Positions 55,669 through 64,000 of a DNA stretch of 64,000 nt are shown here, piece after piece. The notes under the pieces were generated by a model. That model did not search any database. It had not been told where the DNA came from and saw nothing but the letters and a program-made list of their open reading frames with translations. Every line of letters begins with the position of its first letter. The first letter of the stretch is position 1. The position numbers and the translations under genes were made by a program. The stretch comes from Podarcis gaigeae (Eukaryota), in the NCBI GenBank assembly GCA_964106915.2, contig OZ066918.1, one strand, 5' to 3'.

Positions 55669-58600
55669 GTCAGAGGGGGCTTTAGTTGGAACCAGGGCCC
55701 CGAGGGGAGGGTCTGCTTAGCCTCAGGGTGGGCCGGTTGTGGCAGCCGCTGGACATGCCTTCCAGCTTGCCTCTTGCGCTCCCCTTCCCTGCGTGGCCCT
55801 CTTTGTTCTCAGAGGCTTAGGGAGCTGAATGAAAGAGCCTCAAAGGTCTCATGCCTCGAGCCAGGCCGTCTCTCCGAGTTGGCAAGAATGCCGGACTGTG
55901 TGTTCAGCGGGGCTTTGGTTGCAAGCGCTTCGCACGTTTAAAGCACGCCCCCTTCCCCCGCCCCTAAAAAAAAATATATCCCGGGAACTTTACCCCACGG
56001 AGCTACAATTACTAGCACTTTTAACAGATCACAATTCCCACAATTTATGGGGAGGAGAAAAGGTGCTTTAAATGTATGCTGTGTACACAGTGGTGTGTGT
56101 GATTTGGTCTATTGGCAATGCAGGCTTGTTAGAATCTGCATATTATTGTATTAAGGTAAAGATGTCAGAGGAGAGGTGCAGATATTTCTGGTTGAGTAGT
56201 TTTCCTTACTAGTCTGGAAGCTAGACAAATAGCTGCAACTCCCGAAAATCTATCTTCAGCTTTAGCAAAAATTTACTTCTACGGTTTGTTTGTTTGTTTT
56301 TACAAACTTTCAAAATTGTTTGTGCTGCATACACATCCTTGCTAATAATGTTTAAGACACCAAGCTGTATTTAAAAGACAGACATTGGTTCTAGGCATAG
56401 CTGTCAACCTTCCCTTTTTTTGTGGGAAATTCCCTTATTCCAGCGCCGTTTCTCACTTCTACCCCGGATTGTTAGATATCCTGTAGACTGTCCCCGGGAC
56501 AGGTGAGGCTGCTGATCCCTTATTTTCAAATCTGAAAGTTGACAGCTGTGGTTCTAGGTAGACTTCAGTATGCTTTTATTGCTGTTAGGAATATGGATGT
56601 GGTTACTTGCTGTGGCTTTACTAAAGCATATCTTCGTTGTTTGTAAGAATAATAATGGCAGGCTTCCTTCTTGCAGAAGGAAAATAGGAACCAAAGTTAA
56701 AAAGGAAACAAGTTACAACTTTCTCAATTATAGTCCATGAGCAGACATGAAGATTCAGATTTTTCATAGTTAGTTTCTGATTCAAGCATGAGATGAAGTG
56801 CCCTCCAAAGTGGTCCATGCTGAACCATTCTGCTTTCTGAAGTGCCAAAGTGGATCTGAACCAAATCTTGTTTTCAGTGCACAGCCCTACTCAGTGCTTT
56901 TGCCACAGGATACTAGCAAAATGGCACAGAAATGTTGCAGATAAAGCATCATCCTATTTATTGATGTATAGTGCTGTCAAAGGGGGGTGGAATTTAGCTT
57001 GCAGATATGTGATCAACTATTTGATGGTCAAAAACAAAGTGACATCTGCAGCAGCTGAAATCATGGGTCTCTTGGCAACAAGTAACTCAGCTTAGAATGC
57101 CTCATTTCTTAAAAAGATTTACCTATTTCTTCCACAGTACTTGGTGGCATGCTGAAGACCCCGATGAGAAGCAAGCAAAAAGGCAGAAGCTTGGTAATAC
57201 CTGTTATATCACTTCCCATATCTTAAGCACTTTGGCTTTGGGTGTAACTGACTGTTTTTGTCTTGTTTTTGACAACTCCCTGTCATTACTGCAATATAAT
57301 TAGGTAGATCTTAAAATATTTTTCTTTCCCTGCCCTCCCACAGAGATTTCACAGCTGTCTCAAATGGCCATAACTCATTCTTTACTGCAAGTGAAAAATC
57401 CAACATTGTGCAAACATGGAAAGTCAGTGCTATTAAGACTTGGTCAGGGCACAAATTTATTCAAATATTGTTTATAAATCAATAAATGCAAGGGCATTTT
57501 TTGTATTGCCATAACTATCCAGCAGAGACATAGAAGAGGGGCTTTAGTTGGAAAATTGCCAGAGCACTAAATAACAGTACAGAAAGAGTAAGGTCCCAGT
57601 TCAGAAACCTCATATTGGAGGGGCTAACCAGGAATGTGTCTCTGTTCAAACCAAGAAAGGAGAGCCACCAAATTAGGCAAAATCTCTCTTTCTCTGGATA
57701 AGAGCAGAGGGACACCCTGCAAATTGGGCTTGCAAATCTTGGAGCCCCAGGGAAGTCAGCCCAGTTCTGAAACCATGTAAAGGTCTACTGAACCTAAACA
57801 TGAAGGACTTTGTGACAGTAAGTAGCATCAGCCGATGCCTACATTCAATTTTGTAGTGCATTTTGTTTCACTTAGTTTGCTTCACCCATCAAATTGGGTT
57901 TCATTCACGTGGTTTGCTGCTCTATGAGGGAATAATTTCAGAAAGCTGCTGTACCACGAGAATTTATAACAAAATTTATTCATTTATTTGATTTATATAG
58001 CACCCTTTATCCAAAGATCCCAGGGTGGTGAATAACATTAAGAACATAATTTATGCAGCATAATAATTAAAAGGTAATAGGCAACATAATGATAAAATAA
58101 TCATAATAACAGCCCTACCCCTGTTTAACAGGCCATAGATTATTTAATGGCCAGCCAGAGGATTTTATTCGCCTGGTACCTAAAGACATGTAATGATGGC
58201 GCCAGGCGAGCCTCTCTGGGGAGAACGTTCCACAGACAAGATGCCACCACAGAAAAGGCATGTAGAATGGTAGCAATCCCTTTAGATACTCCTTATTCTG
58301 ACATTTGATAACCCAAACCAGTATTACCATTGACCACTGAGCCAGAATAGCCTTGGGAACCCTGACTGACATCTGCTTATAGGAAACAAAAAGTGTCCCA
58401 GACCATGAAGTCTTGGTTTTATTAGTATACATTTTTAAGAATCTTGTATCTAACTTATTCCTTTTTTGCTCCAGTTCATCTTCTGGTGAGAGCAAAAGGA
58501 GGACAAGATTACTTGTTTCCATAAATATACATATTGCCATGTGTGAATGTATTCTGTGGTACCTCTTGGGCCTTCAGTCTACTAGCCTTTAGCATTAGTC

Positions 58601-61600
58601 CATAAGGTGTTTTCACCTTATGACTACGATGCTACTTTGTACTACATGAGATTCATGAGAGGCCTCCCTTTTGTCTGTTTAATTTTTCCTAGGTATTTTT
58701 GAAACACTGCATCAGGGGATTGCCTCTCTAATTAAACTGCCTTCCCATCTGACAACTAAGTATTTTCAGACTGGAGATTGGCATGCAGAAACTACAGACG
58801 AGGTTTGTATGCATTCTGGGAAGAGACTTACAGATTTGATATGCACCTTCAAACCAAATTAGATCCATTGAACTACTACCCTGTTTCTCTGGAGTGGCAA
58901 CACTATTGAATTCACTTGAGTGGAAAGGATTCTTAGGGATAGGCTTTCCTCTGGCACTGTACATCACAAGCTTAATTCCCTGCACAATTTTCTTCTCATC
59001 ACCCCAGTTCCTTCAAATAAGAAATGTTGTTGTTGTTGTTTAGACGTTTAGTCGTGTCCGACTCTTTGTGACCCCATGGACCAGAGCACGCCAGGCACTT
59101 CTGTCTTCCACTGCCTCCCGCAGTTTGGTCAAACTCATGCTGATAGCTTCAAGAACACTATCCAACCATCTCATCCTCTGTCGTCCCCTTCTCCTTGTGC
59201 CCTCCATCTTTCCCAACATCAGGGGCTTTTCCAGGGAGTCTTCTCTTCTCATGAGGTGGCCAAAGTATTGGAGTCTCAGCTTCACGATCTGTCCTTCCAG
59301 TGAGCACTCAGGGCTGGTTTCCTTCAGAATGGATAGGTTTGATCTTCTCGCAGTTCATGGGACTCTCAAGAGTCTCCTCCAGCACCATAATTCAAAAGCA
59401 TCAATTCTTTGGCGATCAGCCTTCTTTATGGTCCAGCTTTCACTTCCATACATCACTACTGGGAAAACCATAGCTTTTACTATATGGACCTTTGTTGGCA
59501 ACAAATAAGAAATAGACCTTGGCTAAGAAAGAACTCTTCTTGCAGGCCCTTAAGACGAGAGTGTAGGGCTGTATGAATGGAAGGCCATGAGAAATGCCCA
59601 TGCACTGCTGGACTGCTTGGCTTTTCTTAGGTAAAACTTGCTTGTTGCCCTTTTGGAGAATTGTCGACCAAAGGGGTTTGTGGCAAAAAGAGTCTCATTA
59701 ATTGCCCAGCTTAAGAGAAATAATTGTGGGGTCAGAGGTTGTGTCTTTTATTATGTTGAATTGGTTCTTCTGCTGAATGAAAAGCAGGGGTGAAAGTGAT
59801 CTCTGGGGATCTGACACCTTACCATTCAATTATTAACTCAACATCTTATATCACAAAACAAAACCCCCAATTCTGCACACTCTAGGCTCTTAACGTTATG
59901 GCATAGATGAATATAAATGTTGCTAATACATCTCCAAGTGTATTGTTGCACAGTAAGTGCCTGTTACTGTTTTATTCTTTCTTAAGGTCTCTAATCTGAG
60001 ATCAGTGTGTTTATGGCTCCGGTTGTGAAAACAGAGAACTGTGAATGAATCATATCAAGTGACACACAGGGTTAAGCATTTTGTTACAAATGTATTAAAA
60101 GCACACCTCTTATTCTGCCAACCCATTCAGGATAAGTTGCAGCTTTACACACCTGAGCCTGATGCTATTTTTCTCAAGTTACATGAGTGAAATTATTGGG
60201 GCTTGTGCATGCATGATTGTGCCCTGGTCACTGATGGCTTAAAATGGCAGAAAGAATGTGGGGATTGAGAGACTAGAAGGCAGTAATTAATGTAGTTTGT
60301 TTGTTCCAATCCAAAGTATTGGAAGAGGAGCAGTCCAGGGAACTGTGGGGTTTGTACATTTGACATGTCTGGAAAAATACTTACAAAAACAAATATGCTT
60401 TCTTCAAGATTATTTCAAATGGAACTGGTAATTCAGATGATAAGAAGATGGAACCTTTCTCTGGGATGCAGAAGCTTGAATTGGGTAAGTGATGTGTAAT
60501 GTCGCTACATTTCATTTATGATTGCTTTAGCAAACTCTTTCAAAATACTCAAAGCATTGAAGAGTGCACTCTGTCTTCGTCTTTTGTTGTTCTCTCATGT
60601 AGTGGTTATACTCCCTTCATATACAGTGAGGTGGGAAAGTATTTGATCCCTGGCTAAATTTGCCTGTTTGCCCTTTGACAAAGAAATGACCAGTCCATAA
60701 TTTTAATGGTAGGTTTATTGTAGCTGTGAGAGACAGAATAACAACAGGAAAACCCCCAGAAGACAAAAGTCAGAGATTTGCATTATAATGATGTGTATTA
60801 TAATGAGTGAAATAAGTATTTCATCCCCTATCAACCAGGCTACCTGGTAGCCTTACTGTATGTTACGAGCTGAGATTAGAAACACCTGCTGTAAGGGAGA
60901 GGTCTTACCTGTAATCCCAGCTTGTTACAGTACAAAAGACACCTGTTGACAGAAGCAATCAATCCAGCAGATTCCAAGGGGATCAAATACTTTATTCCCT
61001 CACTGTATGGTATTTATAACTATTTTTTCACTTGTTAAGAAGTGCTGAGACATTATTGTATGGCATGGAATAACCTTCAATGATACTAGCTTAGGTTGGT
61101 CTGCCTTGGTTGTTGTCTTTCAGCCTGTGTGTGCATGTACAGTTTGTTCTTCTTTGTCCTATTATGTTTCTGTTCTTTTCCTTGTGGGTTTGGTTACCTG
61201 TAAGTCAGGCAACCTTTTGGGGGCCACCTGCCAGTGGTTAGCAGGGCTAGAGCAAAAGTTGGGCAGATGTGACAGTTACATTTGTAAAATAGGCTACATT
61301 CCAGCAACATCAAAGTCAGAGGTTTTTATACAGAGGCACACACAATAATGTCTCCATCCCCCATTCAGGCAAGCAAGAGGCATTAAAACAGTGCTGAAGG
61401 ACACATTTTAGCTAGGCAAAAGGAGAATGCAAAGCAGGGCTTGAGAGGGTTGTGGTCTTGGAAGGGTCTTGAGGGCCGGATAGAGCGGCCTAGAGAGTTG
61501 TATTTGTCTTCTGGGCCAGAGGTTCCCCACTCGTGCTGTAAGCAGATCTGCTTATGTTGAAGGGCTTGAGCATGTTGGAGCTTTCCTTGCAAGTCATTTG

Positions 61601-62302
61601 CTGGCAAGGAGGACTCACACCTGTTGTCTCATATAATGGATGCCAGCCCTTCCTTGCTACTGGATTAGCTTGCAAGGAGGACAGCTTTTGCCTGCCCTCA
61701 ACAACACCCACTTTCGTATGATTAGACACGCTTATGTGCGGGCATAACAGCTTGTCTCTAAAACAGCAGGCTGGAGCCTTCAGATTATTCTACCTGAATG
61801 AGTAGGTGCTTCTAGGAGCAACCTTAAAGGTCTATAGTGTTCTCCTCCTATCTACCAAAGGAAGTTTGGTAATCCTCTGGGATCAGCACAGCAATTGTCT
61901 ATAGAATTATTTGTGGTAAATCCTCCTCTTTTTTATAGATACAAAAACTGGTTGCAGTACCAGTATGCATCCAAATGAAGAGATGGTAACTGATTGTCAC
62001 AGAGTTAAAACCTGTCTGAGGTAAATCTTCTGTTCTTTCAATCTGTTTTGATAGGCACTAATTATTATGCACTACTTGGAATTATGCAAACCTGTAAGTT
62101 TTTGTAGCATTCTTAATTCTGTAATGCTTTCTTTCATCCTCCCAGGCATGAATGTAATGTCAAAAAGAGTAGCAAGAAAAGCCATAATTCGGTTCAAGAG
62201 TGCTTGCCAGCATGGAAAATTGCTACCCACAAGCATTTCTTAGAAACCTCCCCTCCAGAGACTGGAAGACATCTAAGGAAACTTCACTGTACGGTGGAAG
62301 AG
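55559..62302 (+). CDS. SENP2: SUMO-specific protease 2 (or a SENP2-like paralogue), coding exons 1-6; continues beyond the window
   Basis: Exons 55559-55668, 57138-57193, 58693-58802, 60409-60484, 61939-62020, 62146-62302 join in frame; MYKWL, bipartite basic NLS (RKRR...AKRQKL), ASLIKLPSHLTTK and HCTVEE match the human SENP2 N-terminus. Catalytic domain is not in the window. Confidence 0.85.
56396..56550. mobile_element. hAT MITE
   Basis: TIR catagctgtcaac / gttgacagctgtg; perfect 8-bp TSD gttctagg. Confidence 0.85.
57138..57193 (+). CDS. SENP2: SENP2 exon 2
   Basis: STWWHAEDPDEKQAKRQKL vs human STVDTDEIPAKRPRL; 56 nt. Confidence 0.88.
57975..58260 (-). mobile_element. Degraded LINE 3' fragment (L2-like)
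   Basis: (ttta)n-like tail then caccctttatccaaagatcccagggtggtg...gcgagcctctctggggagaacgttccacaga; family tentative. Confidence 0.5.
58693..58802 (+). CDS. SENP2: SENP2 exon 3
   Basis: IFETLHQGIASLIKLPSHLTTKYFQ vs human AASLFGFPFQLTTK; phase 1 to 0. Confidence 0.8.
59026..59501 (-). mobile_element. BovB (RTE) LINE, 5'-truncated
   Basis: KLRLQYFGHLMRREDSLEKPLMLGKMEGTRRRGRQRMRWLD; (AAC)n tail; perfect 12-bp TSD caaataagaaat. Confidence 0.93.
60409..60484 (+). CDS. SENP2: SENP2 exon 4
   Basis: IISNGTGNSDDKKMEPFSGMQKLELG; donor GG|GTAAGT; phase 0 to 1. Confidence 0.75.
60624..61005. mobile_element. Tc1-family (IR/DR type) internally deleted element
   Basis: TIR cagtgagg..aaagtatttgatccc / gggatcaaatacttt..cctcactg, TA flanks, inner repeat aagtatttcatcccc ~60814. 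Confidence 0.8.
61939..62020 (+). CDS. SENP2: SENP2 exon 5
   Basis: DTKTGCSTSMHPNEEMVTDCHRVKTCL; strong acceptor and donor; phase 1 to 2. Confidence 0.72.
62146..62302 (+). CDS. SENP2: SENP2 exon 6 (GC donor)
   Basis: ...ETGRHLRKLHCTVEE vs human ESGKGLRRPHCTVEE; donor GAG|GCAAGT. Confidence 0.85.
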
Positions 62303-62332
62303 GCAAGTCCACTGACATATATAGTGCTTGTA

Positions 62333-63207
62333 CAGTGGTGCCCCGCAAGACGAATGCCTCGCTAAACGAAAAACCCGCAAGATGAAAGGGTTTTCCGATT
62401 TTTTAGCGGCTTCGCAAGACGAATTTCCCTATGGGCTTGCTTTGCAAGACGAAAGCCCATAGGGAAATCTCTGGGGACAGCGGGGAAGCGCAGCGCGCCT
62501 TCTCCTCTGTTCCCGGGGCTTGCGGTGGGAGGAGGGTTTTTCCTCCCCACCGCCAACATTCAGAACAGCATTCTGCATGTTGGTGGTGGGGAGGAAAGCC
62601 CTCCTCCCACCGCAAGCCTTCAGGACAGGTCCGGGAACAGAGGAGAAGCACTGCGCACCTTCCCCTCTGTTCCCGGACCTGTCCTGAAGACTTGCGGTGG
62701 GAGGAAGGTTTTCCTCCCCACCGCCAACATTCAGAAGGCTGTTCTGAAGGCTGGTGGTGGGGAGGAAAGCCCTTCTCCCCCGCCAGCCTTCAGAAGAGTT
62801 CCCGCCTAGGCTGCGGATAGCAGCCTGCTGCCCCGCGCGAGGGGCGCTCGTAAGCAGAGCGCCCCTCGCGCGGGGCAGCAGGCTGCTATCCGCAGCTTGG
62901 AGAGCCCTCTGGACCTCTTCTGAAGGCGGGCGGGGGGCAAAAGTCTTTGTCCCCCATGCCTGCCTTCCCGGGGGCTTTTAAATCGCCCCGGGACAGCGGA
63001 GAAGTCCTCCACTGTCCCGGGGTTTTTAAAATGCTGGGGGACGGCAGCAAAGGCTTCGCTGCCGCCCGCCAGCATTTTAAAATTGCCCCGGGACAGCGGA
63101 GAAGTCTTTAAAATGCTGGGGGACGGCAGCGAAGCGTTCGCTGCCGCCTGCCAGCATTTTAAAAAGACTTGCGGAACGAATTAATTTCGTCTTGCGAGGC
63201 ACCACTG
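62333..63207. mobile_element. Tigger-like Tc1/mariner non-autonomous element with internal inverted and tandem repeats
   Basis: TIR cagtggtgccccgcaagacgaa / ttcgtcttgcgaggcaccactg; TA TSD; CpG-rich. Confidence 0.88.
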
Positions 63208-63455
63208 TAATGTACAGCAAGCTTGTAATGTACAGAATTGCCTTGCAATAGAGAAATGGCTACAAGATATTTAAATGTGGTGTGTATTTCAGTAAGGCTG
63301 GTTAGATGGTATGTTTTCATCCTTTACATTTTATTGCATCTTTTTTCTTAGATCAGGGCTAGACTGATTTCAGTTTGTGTAGTTGAATTTCCCCCTAGAA
63401 CTCTCATGGACACCTAATATGTGTTAAATTTTTCTTGTGAGAGAGTCTTGCCAAG

Positions 63456-63811
63456 GGTAAAGGTACCCCTGACCGTTAGGTCCAGTTGAGGACGACTCTG
63501 GGGTTGCGCACTCATCTCGCTCTATAGGCCGAGGGAGCTGGCGTTTGTCCACAGACAGCTCCCAGGTCATGTGGCCAGCATGACTAAGCCGCTTCTGGTG
63601 AACCAGAGGAGTGCATGGAAACGCCGTTTACCTTCCCACCAGAGCAGTACCTATTTATCTACTTGCACTTGACATGCTTTCGAACTGCTAGGTGGGCAGG
63701 AGCTGGGACCGAACAACAGGAGTTCACCCCGTTGTGGGGATTTCAACTGCCGACCTTCTGATCGGCAAGCCCTAGGCTCTGTGGTTTAGACCACAGTGCC
63801 ACCCGCATCCC
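63456..63811 (-). mobile_element. Sauria SINE
   Basis: Reverse-complement family match; TSD tcttgccaag. Confidence 0.9.
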
Positions 63812-64000
63812 TCTTGCCAAGAGTACAAACTCACTATCTTTTCAAACACTCAGGTTTGCCTTAATTGTTAAGTGATTCAGAGTATGCATTCTTGCTTAAG
63901 ACCTGGATTCAGCTCAAGCTCTACCTTACCATTATGTGCAATAATCTGAGCAGGCACTAGGTCGCCCACCAGAATTTGGTTGGTGGGCCATTATGTAGCT

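Noticed and set aside
62431-63165. Repeat array resembling CRISPR, and associated ORFs
   Set aside because: Internal repeats of a eukaryotic MITE bounded by TIRs; no unique spacers or cas genes.

Overview
Vertebrate genomic DNA, inferred to be from a squamate and probably a lacertid lizard (five Sauria SINE copies, a BovB LINE, CR1 and Rex1/Babar LINEs, many hAT and Tc1/mariner MITEs). It corresponds to the human 3q27 block. It holds EHHADH coding exon 1 (minus, 1965-2038); complete MAP3K13/LZK (plus, 13 coding exons, 22983-39806, about 950 aa, candidate first exons near 4.1 kb and 16.6 kb); complete TMEM41A (minus, 5 exons, 47820-54856, 259 aa); and the first six coding exons of a SENP2-like gene (plus, from 55559). 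SENP2-like lies head-to-head with TMEM41A, with no LIPH between them. The most unusual signal is a chain of stop-interrupted, splice-site-bounded minus-strand segments at about 8.5-18.7 kb. Some carry RGS-domain-like motifs, suggesting a decayed multi-RGS gene antisense to the MAP3K13 5' region. Other leads are small ORFs on the CpG-island transcript, a uORF in frame with MAP3K13, a GC-AG donor next to a MITE with a perfect 40-bp hairpin, and a solo LTR nested in a CR1. All calls come from manual reading and recall of human orthologues; no searches were run.
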